From positions 160,001-224,000 of the forward strand of contig JAZLKX010000052.1 in NCBI GenBank assembly GCA_045597865.1: a DNA stretch of 64,000 nt, given 5' to 3'. This DNA comes from Bacilli bacterium. Its GTDB lineage: Bacteria > Bacillota_I > Bacilli_A > RFN20 > CAG-826. Below, in pieces: positions 1-8,917 of the stretch. The notes under the pieces are model-generated. The model did not search any database and had not been told where the DNA came from. It saw only the letters and a program-made list of their open reading frames with translations. Numbering within the stretch: position 1 is the first letter of the stretch; the number at the start of each line of letters is the position of its first letter. Both the position numbers and the translations under genes were made by a program.

Positions 1-152
1 ACTTTGGTATTGGCGTAGGTGGTATGACTGGCGCTGACCAAGGTATACCAATGGGTGGTGACTGCAAAGCCGTTGTTGCAAAAAGAATGGACGGTGGAAC
101 ACCTGTTAGCCGTTTTCGCAGAAGAATCAAGAAAAGAAGAAAAGCTAAGTAA
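1..152 (+). CDS. 3' end of a protein containing a copy of the mature major-capsid N-terminal segment plus a basic tail (partial)
   Basis: Frame from nt 3 reads FGIGVGGMTGADQGIPMGGDCKAVVAKRMDGGTPVSRFRRRIKKRRKAK*; the TAA at 150-152 overlaps the next ATG; it matches MCP DFGIGVGAPLGADQGIPHGGDAKAV. Confidence 0.75.
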   Translation, partial: FGIGVGGMTGADQGIPMGGDCKAVVAKRMDGGTPVSRFRRRIKKRRKAK

Positions 153-637
153 TGAACGAAGATTTTGAAAGAACAAGCGAAGTTGTAAACGGCTATTTTT
201 ATACATACGCTTATAAAGCAATAAGCGCAGATCCTGAATACGACGAAATGCCGTTTATTTACTGCTTAGCCCCACATCCTAAAAGTCAGAATTGTTTCGT
301 TGGCATAAATCTTCACCATTTACCAACCAGTGAACGAATAGATTTTCTTCTTGAACTTGAAAGACTATATCACATATTGGACAATGAAGAAAGAGCCATT
401 GTAGATATTGATGTTATTAGACGAACGATGCCTTCAGCCAAACTTGCCTTGCGTGTTTATAACAGAAAAAATGTTAGCCGTTGCTATCGTGTTTTAAATA
501 AAGCAGTTGGCAGATACATAGATAATGATGGCAATATTTACTTGGCTGAACCATCAACCATTATGAACAAGTATTGGACAAACTATGCTGGCGCTAAATC
601 CGCCAAATCTCAGGAGCCTGAACAAAAGGAAGAGTAA
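152..637 (+). CDS. DNA end protector protein (T4 gp2-like)
   Basis: YDEMPFIY...FVGINLHHLP..ER motif resembles the gp2 family YD.FPL..F.GLNLHYLP. Confidence 0.65.
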   Translation: MNEDFERTSEVVNGYFYTYAYKAISADPEYDEMPFIYCLAPHPKSQNCFVGINLHHLPTSERIDFLLELERLYHILDNEERAIVDIDVIRRTMPSAKLALRVYNRKNVSRCYRVLNKAVGRYIDNDGNIYLAEPSTIMNKYWTNYAGAKSAKSQEPEQKEE

Positions 638-641
638 TCGT

Positions 642-917
642 TTGAATTACGGCTTAATTTATCATACACTGATTAGCCGCGCACAAACTCGAGACGAATA
701 CATACCATATACCGAGCAGCATCACATACTGCCTCGGTCAGAAGGTGGATCTAATAAGAAAACAAACAAGGTGGAGCTTACGCCCAAAGAGCATCACCTA
801 TGCCATTTGTGCTTAATAAGAATGGGCATGTGCTTAAAGTATTGTTTTAGACATTTGAATATCCGCGAGTATTGCGAAATGAAATACCAAGAAAAGAAAA
901 AGAAGCATCTCATTTAA
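642..917 (+). CDS. small HNH endonuclease (Mob-like N-terminal HNH domain only)
   Basis: NY..IY..LI.RA start and EQHHILPRSEGGSN...LTPKEHHLCH HNH motif; probable TTG start at 642. Confidence 0.75.
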   Translation: MNYGLIYHTLISRAQTRDEYIPYTEQHHILPRSEGGSNKKTNKVELTPKEHHLCHLCLIRMGMCLKYCFRHLNIREYCEMKYQEKKKKHLI

Positions 918-1004
918 CATTCAAGAATAAATTTTTTGGTTGCTAGCCGTAAAATGCTAGCAACTTTTTTATATTTTAATCAGAAATCAAATAAGAGGTT
1001 TTTA

Positions 1005-2885
1005 ATGGGTGAATATACCGCAAACAGCATTGACTTTTTGAAAGGTCTTGAAACTATTCGTAGAAGAGCCGATATGTACGTCGGCGCAACTTCCGGAGAT
1101 CCATCCGCTGCATTGTATCGTCTGTGTCGTGAAGCTATTGATAATTCTCTTGATGAATATCTTGGCGGTCACAACAAGCAGCTTTATGTTTTCTATGACA
1201 GCAAAACATTTGAAACGACCGTTGTAGATAATGGTCGTGGCATTCCTGTTGGCTACAATGAAAAAGCACAGCAGGATTCTTTGACTCTTGTATTTACACA
1301 GCTTCATGCTGGTGGTAAATTTGACCACGATGCATATAAGACATCGTCAGGTAAGAACGGCATTGGCCAAAAGGCTATCTCTGCACTTTCTAAACGCCTG
1401 CAGGTTTGGTCAAACAACAGCAAGGGCAAAAAGTGGTATACACAGGTTTTTGAAAAAGGTGAAATCAAATCAGAAGTTCTTCATAATGATCCGCCTAAGG
1501 AATTGAAGAGCTTAATTTCCACCACAGGTACAATTTTAAGATGGACACCTGACCCAACAATTTTCACAGATAGCTGCCGTCTTGATGTTGCCCGTTTGAA
1601 ACACGAGCTTCATGACATTCAGTATCTGTGTCCATTCTTGCACATTCATATGATCATTGATGGAGAGGAAATTGAATTCTTCTCTGAAGATGGACTTGGC
1701 GAACTTGTCGCAAAGAATCCGACTGATGATTGCATTTTTTCTTATTCAGATGAATTTACGGATGTAGCATTGAATTTTACAAAGGGCGATGGAACAACAT
1801 TTAAGTCCTATGTGAATATCTGTTACACAAATCTTGGTGGTACACATCTTGATGGCTTGAAGAAGGCTATCACGAATGTTGTCAAGGATAATTCAAAACA
1901 GAAGATTACCAATGACGATATTCTTGAAGGCGTAATTGGCGCCATTCATCATCGCATGGCTGAACCTCAATATCAGGGACAGACAAAGAACGAACTTACT
2001 AACTCCGAAGTTGAAAAGGAAATCATTGACAAGATGACACCTGCTTTGGAAAAGTTCTTCAAGAAGAATAAAGATGTTTTGAAGCGTATTGTTGAGTACG
2101 CTGAAAAGATGCTTGAACAAAGAAATAAGATGAAAGCATCTAAGGACTTGTTGAAAGGTCTTAAGACACTTAACGCTTCTGCAAACAGAATTTCTGATAA
2201 ATTCCTTGATGCTGACCGCCGTAAGTTCAAGAATCCTAAAGATCTTGAAATGTTTATCGTTGAAGGTGACTCTGCGGGCGGTCACTTTAAACAAGCTCGT
2301 GAAGGTTTCCAAGGTGAACTTAAGATCCGCGGTAAAATCATTAACGCTGCGAAAGCAAATCCGGAAGACTTGTTTGGCAAGCCTGGCAAGAAGGATGGAA
2401 AAGACGGTAACCGCGAAATCAAGGATCTTGTAGCTGCTTTAGGTTGCGGCGTTGGTGAAAATTATGATGAAGCAAAACTTCGCTTCAACAAGGTCATTAT
2501 TCTGTCTGACGCTGATGTTGACGGACAACATATTGCTAACCTTTGTTTGGCATTCTTCATCAACTATATGCCGGATCTTGTAAAGAACGGACATGTCTAT
2601 ATCATTGATGCACCGTTGTTTATCGCTACATCTGCAAAGCATAAAGTATTTGGTATGACTCGTGCTGAAGTTGACAATCAGATGAAGAAACTGAAATGTT
2701 CAGATTATACCGTTACACGTCTTAAAGGTTGGGGTGAAACTTCCGCTGAACAGTTGAGCGAACTTTGTCTAAATCCGAAGACAAGAAAACTCATTCAGAT
2801 TAAATGGACTGACGCTACTGAAAAGATGTGCGAATCTACAATGGGTGGCGATGTTGCATTCCGTAAGGAACTGCTCGGAATTTAA
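1005..2885 (+). CDS. gyrB: type IIA DNA topoisomerase subunit B (GyrB/ParE-like)
   Basis: GHKL motifs EAIDNSLDE, DNGRGIP, LHAGGKF; TOPRIM motifs VEGDSAGG and DADVDG; RLKGWGE; GAGG RBS before ATG 1005. Confidence 0.93.
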   Translation: MGEYTANSIDFLKGLETIRRRADMYVGATSGDPSAALYRLCREAIDNSLDEYLGGHNKQLYVFYDSKTFETTVVDNGRGIPVGYNEKAQQDSLTLVFTQLHAGGKFDHDAYKTSSGKNGIGQKAISALSKRLQVWSNNSKGKKWYTQVFEKGEIKSEVLHNDPPKELKSLISTTGTILRWTPDPTIFTDSCRLDVARLKHELHDIQYLCPFLHIHMIIDGEEIEFFSEDGLGELVAKNPTDDCIFSYSDEFTDVALNFTKGDGTTFKSYVNICYTNLGGTHLDGLKKAITNVVKDNSKQKITNDDILEGVIGAIHHRMAEPQYQGQTKNELTNSEVEKEIIDKMTPALEKFFKKNKDVLKRIVEYAEKMLEQRNKMKASKDLLKGLKTLNASANRISDKFLDADRRKFKNPKDLEMFIVEGDSAGGHFKQAREGFQGELKIRGKIINAAKANPEDLFGKPGKKDGKDGNREIKDLVAALGCGVGENYDEAKLRFNKVIILSDADVDGQHIANLCLAFFINYMPDLVKNGHVYIIDAPLFIATSAKHKVFGMTRAEVDNQMKKLKCSDYTVTRLKGWGETSAEQLSELCLNPKTRKLIQIKWTDATEKMCESTMGGDVAFRKELLGI

Positions 2886-2888
2886 GGA

Positions 2889-3086
2889 GTGCTTATGCCT
2901 AAGAAGGTAATGGTATTTTACAAGCCTTTGAACTGTTTAAGTAAGCCAGAATTTGATGTAGCCCACGAAGTTATCATTCCTGATAGCTGGAGTGACGCAG
3001 AAATCAAAGAATGGTATACGAAAAGACATTCACACATCAACGGTGTTGGGATAAAAGTATTTGATATTACTTACTTAGATAATTGA
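2889..3086 (+). CDS. hypothetical protein
   Basis: ORF with AGGAG upstream, between the topoisomerase subunits. Confidence 0.6.
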   Translation: MLMPKKVMVFYKPLNCLSKPEFDVAHEVIIPDSWSDAEIKEWYTKRHSHINGVGIKVFDITYLDN

Positions 3087-3111
3087 CAAAGCTAATGTAA
3101 GTTAATATATT
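3083..3111 (+). promoter_or_regulatory. sigma70-type promoter TTGACA-17 nt-TATATT
   Basis: Perfect -35 at 3083-3088, 17-nt spacer, TATATT at 3106-3111, ATG at 3118. Confidence 0.65.
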
Positions 3112-3117
3112 TACTAT

Positions 3118-3489
3118 ATGAACAGGGGTGATTTTATCAGCAAGATCTTACGCCGTTATGCAGCGTTTTACGATGAACGCATTGTCAAGGTTGACCGAGG
3201 AATGGCGGTTCATTTCAACTGGAAGTATGATACGGCTTTCGCAATGAAGCCTATCTTTACAGCAGACAGTATTTTATATGACTATTCGGCGCTGCTTGAC
3301 ATGGAAGTCAACCGAGAGAACTATGAAAAGTTCCTGCGTGATCCGTGCATGGGTGTCAAAGCATTTGAAATAAGCAAAGTCTCGTATAGTAAAGCTGAAG
3401 AAATCATGCTGCGTAATTTACATGCACACGAAAGATTTGAAAAGCTAATCGCAAAAGCAGAAAAAATTAAAACAATCATGGAGGAATAA
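3118..3489 (+). CDS. hypothetical protein
   Basis: 123-aa ORF whose stop overlaps the gyrA start. Confidence 0.7.
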   Translation: MNRGDFISKILRRYAAFYDERIVKVDRGMAVHFNWKYDTAFAMKPIFTADSILYDYSALLDMEVNRENYEKFLRDPCMGVKAFEISKVSYSKAEEIMLRNLHAHERFEKLIAKAEKIKTIMEE

Positions 3490-4964
3490 TGGGTATCTCC
3501 GACTTTCTTGAAGTAGAAACTGATCCCAATCAGAAGACTGTTGATGCTGACAGCCTTTTAAAGAAAAACATTTATGATTACGGTATGGATGTTATATCCG
3601 ATCGCGCGTTATCCGACTACCGTGACGGACTAAAGCCTGCACAAAGACGCTTGCTTAAGGCAGCTGAAGATCTTCATGCAACTTGGAACAATAAGACCGT
3701 TAAGTCAGCTCGTATCACAGGTGACTGTATGGGTAAGTATCACCCGCACAGCGCTGCTTATGGTTCACTTGCCACAATGGCGACATGTGAATATCCGATC
3801 ATTCACGGGCAGGGTAACTGGGGATCTTTGACTGATGGACCGGCTGCGGAAAGATATACTGAAGCGAAGATTTCACAGCTTGGCATGAAGATGCTTGAAT
3901 GTAATGATGTCGCTGATATGGTTCCAAATTACACAGGTGAATTTATGGAACCCGTTGTCATTCCGACTCGTTTTCCAAACTTCTTTGTCAATGAATGTTC
4001 AGGTATCGCTGTTGGTTTATCCGTGAACATTCCGTCACACAACCTTAAGGAAATCGTTGAAGCGATGAAGGTCGTTGTTAAGAAGGGTCAGGCAACAAAG
4101 GTCAAGGATATTATGAAGTATCTGAAAGGACCTGATTATAAGTACGGCGGACATATCATTTCAACACCAGCAGAAATCGCGGAAGTATATGAAAAGGGTG
4201 AAGGCTCAATTAAGTATGAATGCGATTATACATTAAAGGCAGAAAAACGAAATGTACTTTTGACAGTCACTGGCTATTGTCCTGGCTTCTCGCCGAATGC
4301 TTTTATGAAAAAGATGGACGATCTTATTGATGAAAACGTCGTCTTATATGTTAACGATTCTTCAACCAAAACTGACCCATGTAAGATTGAAGTTTTGATT
4401 AAGTCAAAGGAAGATTTTGAAAAGAAGATTCATAAGCAGCTTATTAAAGCAGAATCTTATCGTTTCTATGCTATTGAACGAACAAAGTCTAACGCTGTTG
4501 AGAAAGATGTTGATACATCTGTATTGATTCCTAATATGGTTGACCTGATGAATATGTGGGTTGACTGGAGAAAGGATATTGAGACTAAAATGTGTAATGT
4601 TGAAAAAGGCATTACACAGGACAGGAAAAAGAAGGCTGAATGGCGTCTTCTTGCAAGCAAGAATTTGAAGGTCATTATGAAGGGTCTTGAAAGCGATGAT
4701 CCTATTGCATACATTGCTGAAAATCTTCCTGGCTTAAAGGGTGAACCTGATGCAACTGAAGGTGCTAAGTACATCTGTGACCAGCGTGTAATTTCACTTC
4801 GTAAGATTGACCAGGAAAAAACTGAACAGGACATCAAGGATCTTCAAACTCACATTAATGAACTTGACTATGACATTGCACACATTGCCGATGTTGTCAT
4901 TCGTGAACTTGATAAACTGAAACCGTTCTTCCGTGACAGAAAGTTGGCAGTCAATAATGAATGA
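3489..4964 (+). CDS. gyrA: type IIA DNA topoisomerase subunit A (GyrA/ParC-like, no C-terminal pinwheel)
   Basis: RDGLKPAQRR, KSARITG, GKYHPH, GQGNWGS, catalytic AAERYTE, GIAVG...IPSHNL; only 491 aa. Confidence 0.93.
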   Translation: MGISDFLEVETDPNQKTVDADSLLKKNIYDYGMDVISDRALSDYRDGLKPAQRRLLKAAEDLHATWNNKTVKSARITGDCMGKYHPHSAAYGSLATMATCEYPIIHGQGNWGSLTDGPAAERYTEAKISQLGMKMLECNDVADMVPNYTGEFMEPVVIPTRFPNFFVNECSGIAVGLSVNIPSHNLKEIVEAMKVVVKKGQATKVKDIMKYLKGPDYKYGGHIISTPAEIAEVYEKGEGSIKYECDYTLKAEKRNVLLTVTGYCPGFSPNAFMKKMDDLIDENVVLYVNDSSTKTDPCKIEVLIKSKEDFEKKIHKQLIKAESYRFYAIERTKSNAVEKDVDTSVLIPNMVDLMNMWVDWRKDIETKMCNVEKGITQDRKKKAEWRLLASKNLKVIMKGLESDDPIAYIAENLPGLKGEPDATEGAKYICDQRVISLRKIDQEKTEQDIKDLQTHINELDYDIAHIADVVIRELDKLKPFFRDRKLAVNNE

Positions 4965-6051
4965 GCTTAATCTAAAGCCAGCGATGGAATATGAACATAT
5001 AGGGACGAAGTATTGCTTTAATGTAATTGACTCCCTATACATTCAAGCTATACCCTTTGATAAATTTGAGAAGGGTTATGCTTGGTTTTCTTGTCCGTGC
5101 TTTTGCTATGCAAGTATCGTGAAGAAAATTCATGACCAGTATAATGATGTATGCAACTTTCCGTTAGAGATTCTTAATTCAGAAAAACGAATTGAATTCT
5201 TGAAACGAATTATTGAGCGAAAAGACTATAAAGACTGCTGGGGTTGTCCAAAGCTTGAAATGGCGCCGACAACAGGATTTTGGAATCGTGATGATTTTGA
5301 GTATGCTTGGGGTGAAGGTGGCCTTGACATTTGGCGCCAGTATGCAAATAGGAAACTGACCAATCCGTTGCCTTACACAATTGTGTTCAACCTAGATACA
5401 TCGTGTAACTTGAAATGCAAGACTTGCCGTCCTGATTACATTCGTCATACATACGACATTACTGAGGAAGATTCAAAACAGCTTATTGAAATGGCTAAGA
5501 TGGTTCCTCATATTTCCATTGGCGGTGACGGTGAATTTTTTGCTAGTCATAACTATGATGCTTTATTAGCTGCTGATTTGACTGAGAATAGTAAGCTAAG
5601 ATATATAACACTGTATACGAACGGCACACTGATGAATGAAACGAACTGGAACAAAATCAATCTTGCCACAAGACAGAAACTTATCAAGGAAATCAAGGTA
5701 AGTATGGACACTGCTTGCGAGGAGACCTATTTGAAGGTTCGTGGTCCGTGGTGGAATCAGCTAATGAAAAACCTTGACTTCATTCGGCCTATCGCAAAAA
5801 CTTATGGCATTGAAATGTTCACGACATTTACTATAAGCAAGTATAATGTTCAAGATGTTTCAAAGTTTCATGACTTTGCTAAATCGTTAGGCTTTGACCG
5901 CGTAATGTTCCAGTTTGCTCGTGAGATATTCCACCCAGAGCTTGGGGAAGGTGAAGACTTTATTGTTCCGCCTGACCAGCGAAAGGACATTATGGACTAT
6001 CTGCTTGAACTTCAAAGACAGGAAGGGCCAACGAAGGTAATCATTGAATGA
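4957..6051 (+). CDS. radical SAM protein
   Basis: CNLKCKTC (CxxxCxxC), GGDGEFF, YTNGTL, VSMD; extra N-terminal Cys residues. Confidence 0.85.
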   Translation: MNELNLKPAMEYEHIGTKYCFNVIDSLYIQAIPFDKFEKGYAWFSCPCFCYASIVKKIHDQYNDVCNFPLEILNSEKRIEFLKRIIERKDYKDCWGCPKLEMAPTTGFWNRDDFEYAWGEGGLDIWRQYANRKLTNPLPYTIVFNLDTSCNLKCKTCRPDYIRHTYDITEEDSKQLIEMAKMVPHISIGGDGEFFASHNYDALLAADLTENSKLRYITLYTNGTLMNETNWNKINLATRQKLIKEIKVSMDTACEETYLKVRGPWWNQLMKNLDFIRPIAKTYGIEMFTTFTISKYNVQDVSKFHDFAKSLGFDRVMFQFAREIFHPELGEGEDFIVPPDQRKDIMDYLLELQRQEGPTKVIIE

Positions 6052-6332
6052 TAAAACATATTAAGATTAAAGCAAGCGAACTTACAGAGGAGATGGCATC
6101 GTCTCCTCTTTTTCCTAGTTTTGTAAGAAAGCAAATTGCTGACATAGCTGAGGCCATCGCCCGAGATAAGATTGCCATTTCACAGAACCCATGGATGGAC
6201 GAGAATAAAGAACTTTGGCTTAATAAATATGAACACATGGAATTGAGCTTTTATTATGATGACAGTAATAACAATGACAAGCTGGCCGAAACGAATACAT
6301 CGAGTGAAGCCAGCGATAGAACGTTTTCTTAA
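6048..6332 (+). CDS. hypothetical protein
   Basis: ATGA overlap with the radical SAM gene. Confidence 0.5.
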   Translation: MIKHIKIKASELTEEMASSPLFPSFVRKQIADIAEAIARDKIAISQNPWMDENKELWLNKYEHMELSFYYDDSNNNDKLAETNTSSEASDRTFS

Positions 6333-7614
6333 GCAGCAAACAATTAAGCCAGATTACTTTTATCTTTGGCTAGCTGAAAGCGAGTTTCCAAACAAAGAAA
6401 AAGACATTCCAGCAACATTGATGCGCTGCTTGATAGACAACAACGTAAAGTTATGCTGGGCACCTAATAACGAATACTGTCATAAGCGCTGGTATGTATA
6501 CCCACGCCATTTTGATGATCTTGTTATCGCCATTGACGAGGACCAAGTTTATCCTGATGATCTGATTAGGCTCGTTCAGAATAGAATGAACGATTGCCCA
6601 AATACAATTATCACTATTGCCCGTACAGAATACAATAAGTTAACTTTCAATGATTCTTTCAGGCCGGTAATTGAACCAACTGAAAACTTACACATTGATA
6701 CGCCGATGTTCTGCGGTCAGTGTGCTTTTCCACCAGGTACATTTCCACTTGAAGCAGTAATGCAAAAGTACCTTGGAATACGAGATGCCTTTACGCCTAA
6801 GTGCGATGAATGCTGGCTATTGCCTTGGCTTATTAAGACTGGCAAATATGATATTACAACAGTAACCAAATTAAATGAACTTGACGACGATGATACCGCG
6901 TTGTATAAAGAACTTCGTGCTGTTAATTTGGAAACATGGAAAGAACCAAAGTGGATTTCTATGTACAATGTGTTGAGTAAAATCGCTGCGTTGGATAAAT
7001 GGCAGAAAATTTTCAAAGGTTACAGAACCCCTAAGGTCAATGAAAAACGACAGGTTATTCTTGCTTTAAACTGCGGTTCAAATGATGTTCCTTGGAAGGT
7101 AAGGCAAATTATTGACTCAGCATTAAACGGCCTCTATGCGCCTGATAAGGTTATTGTAAATCGTCCATTAGTTGATATGCCGGATAAAACTGAAACCATT
7201 ATGGCTATGTCAATGAATGAAAATTGTGCAAGTAGAATAGCCGACAAGGATGCGATTATTATTTCCGTTAGCACCAATTATGCTGAGTTCCGTAAGGACA
7301 CCATTTCAACATTGCTGAAGACATACTTAAACGGAAACACGCATGTTGTGTTTGGTGAAGAATTTAGAAAGTATGAAAACAACGGAAATGTATTCTACTC
7401 ACCGCGTGTAATGCTTTTTGATAACTCAGCTAACATTGACTTCTATGATGTGCCTTACTTCAACCCGCATCTTGATACATGCTTGAAGGTTTGTCAAGCA
7501 TATCATAATGATTTTGCGATAGCACCAACAAGCTTAGATAATGTAACCGAAGAATGGGAGAATTCTTCACCTGAATTTAAAGGAATGATTGAACATGCAT
7601 ATTTTGGTTCCTAA
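6256..7614 (+). CDS. GT-A fold glycosyltransferase
   Basis: ITMTSWPKRI, LWLAESEFPNKE, IAIDEDQVY (DxD); paralog of 54716. Confidence 0.75.
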   Translation: MMTVITMTSWPKRIHRVKPAIERFLKQQTIKPDYFYLWLAESEFPNKEKDIPATLMRCLIDNNVKLCWAPNNEYCHKRWYVYPRHFDDLVIAIDEDQVYPDDLIRLVQNRMNDCPNTIITIARTEYNKLTFNDSFRPVIEPTENLHIDTPMFCGQCAFPPGTFPLEAVMQKYLGIRDAFTPKCDECWLLPWLIKTGKYDITTVTKLNELDDDDTALYKELRAVNLETWKEPKWISMYNVLSKIAALDKWQKIFKGYRTPKVNEKRQVILALNCGSNDVPWKVRQIIDSALNGLYAPDKVIVNRPLVDMPDKTETIMAMSMNENCASRIADKDAIIISVSTNYAEFRKDTISTLLKTYLNGNTHVVFGEEFRKYENNGNVFYSPRVMLFDNSANIDFYDVPYFNPHLDTCLKVCQAYHNDFAIAPTSLDNVTEEWENSSPEFKGMIEHAYFGS

Positions 7615-8563
7615 AGATGTGGCTGTTCCAGCGGCAAATTCTCGGAATAAGAAATACCTAACCGAGATTTGTCTTTTGGTGAAAACGAATAATGCTAGTG
7701 ACTTAGATGATTGGCTTACATGGCATTTGGAAAAGATTGGCATTGAGCATATTCACATTTACGATAACGAATCGGTGGTTTGCATTCCTCGTATGATTAA
7801 GAAGTGGGGAGACAGGGTTTCGTACACTAAAGTTGAAGGCACACCGCACCAAGCTGACATTTACACGAAGCATATTGGCGAAGTTAGCGAAGCTAGATTC
7901 GTATTGCCGCTTGACGATGATGAATTCATTTTCTCAGGCGTTGATTTTAACGAATATGTAAAGTCAATGGAACTGCCAAAGTTTGCGTTAAGATCAATCT
8001 TGTTCGTACCAAAGAAACCAACTGAAAAACGACACGGCGGAAATGTATTTGAACTGTGTGATCATATTGCATTACACAAGTGCCGCGAAAACCGTGAAGT
8101 GAAGTGCATGGTTGATACCACATATCGGCATCTATACTTTGATGTAAAGCGATATGAAGACGCTCATAGAATGGAAAATGGTTTAATTGACTATCAAGAC
8201 GAAGTAATTGGACCTGATGACCAACCTATGGACACTAAGCATAATCTGGACTTTAACTACACAATGCTTGGTAATGTTCATAACCCGATTACTCTCGATG
8301 AAAACGGCAATCGCATTGACGCACTTGACATCAACCTAAATCCAATCTATGGCTTTATGGCATTCAATAATAATACGCCATCTGACATTTTCATTGCTCA
8401 CATGAAAATTCGTTCAAAGGAAGAATGGGATTGGAAATGCGATAGCAGAAAAGTCGTTGCTGATATGGACCCAGCCTATTATGATACACAGCGAGATTTA
8501 TACAGTGAAGTATATGAAGACGAACTACAAAAGTTCACTGGCTTCAAAGAGCTGTATAAATAA
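7595..8563 (+). CDS. glycosyltransferase (GT2/GT92-like)
   Basis: DWLTWHL..G..HIHIYDNES and VLPLDDDEFI motifs. Confidence 0.8.
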   Translation: MHILVPKDVAVPAANSRNKKYLTEICLLVKTNNASDLDDWLTWHLEKIGIEHIHIYDNESVVCIPRMIKKWGDRVSYTKVEGTPHQADIYTKHIGEVSEARFVLPLDDDEFIFSGVDFNEYVKSMELPKFALRSILFVPKKPTEKRHGGNVFELCDHIALHKCRENREVKCMVDTTYRHLYFDVKRYEDAHRMENGLIDYQDEVIGPDDQPMDTKHNLDFNYTMLGNVHNPITLDENGNRIDALDINLNPIYGFMAFNNNTPSDIFIAHMKIRSKEEWDWKCDSRKVVADMDPAYYDTQRDLYSEVYEDELQKFTGFKELYK

Positions 8564-8566
8564 TAT

Positions 8567-8917
8567 ATGATAAACGAATTTAGTATATTTGGCAAAAAGA
8601 AGAATCAAGCAATTCCTATGAAACGCATTAAGGAATTGTTTAGCCAGTTTGGTTTTATCATTTTTCAGGTTGATGACTATACTGGCTTTTTGTCAAGGCC
8701 GCCTTATGATATTCGTTTTGCTCCAGTTGAATATAAAGACAAAATCGGAACACGTTTAACTTATAAGATCGGCGACAGCGTTCAGGAAGATTCTATATAC
8801 TTTCATGAACGCGACATTTTAGAGTTCTTGTATCAAAACAGTAATACTATCCGCCGCGGTCATAAAGTTTTGGAAGATACATTCCAGGAAGATTTGTTGA
8901 GGTTCTTGCATGAGTAA
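8567..8917 (+). CDS. hypothetical late protein
   Basis: TATAAATA 4 nt upstream of ATG. Confidence 0.65.
   Translation: MINEFSIFGKKKNQAIPMKRIKELFSQFGFIIFQVDDYTGFLSRPPYDIRFAPVEYKDKIGTRLTYKIGDSVQEDSIYFHERDILEFLYQNSNTIRRGHKVLEDTFQEDLLRFLHE

Noticed and set aside
4957-6051. Radical SAM protein as the NrdG activase
   Set aside because: It is much longer than NrdG, lacks NrdG-type motifs and is clustered with glycosyltransferases
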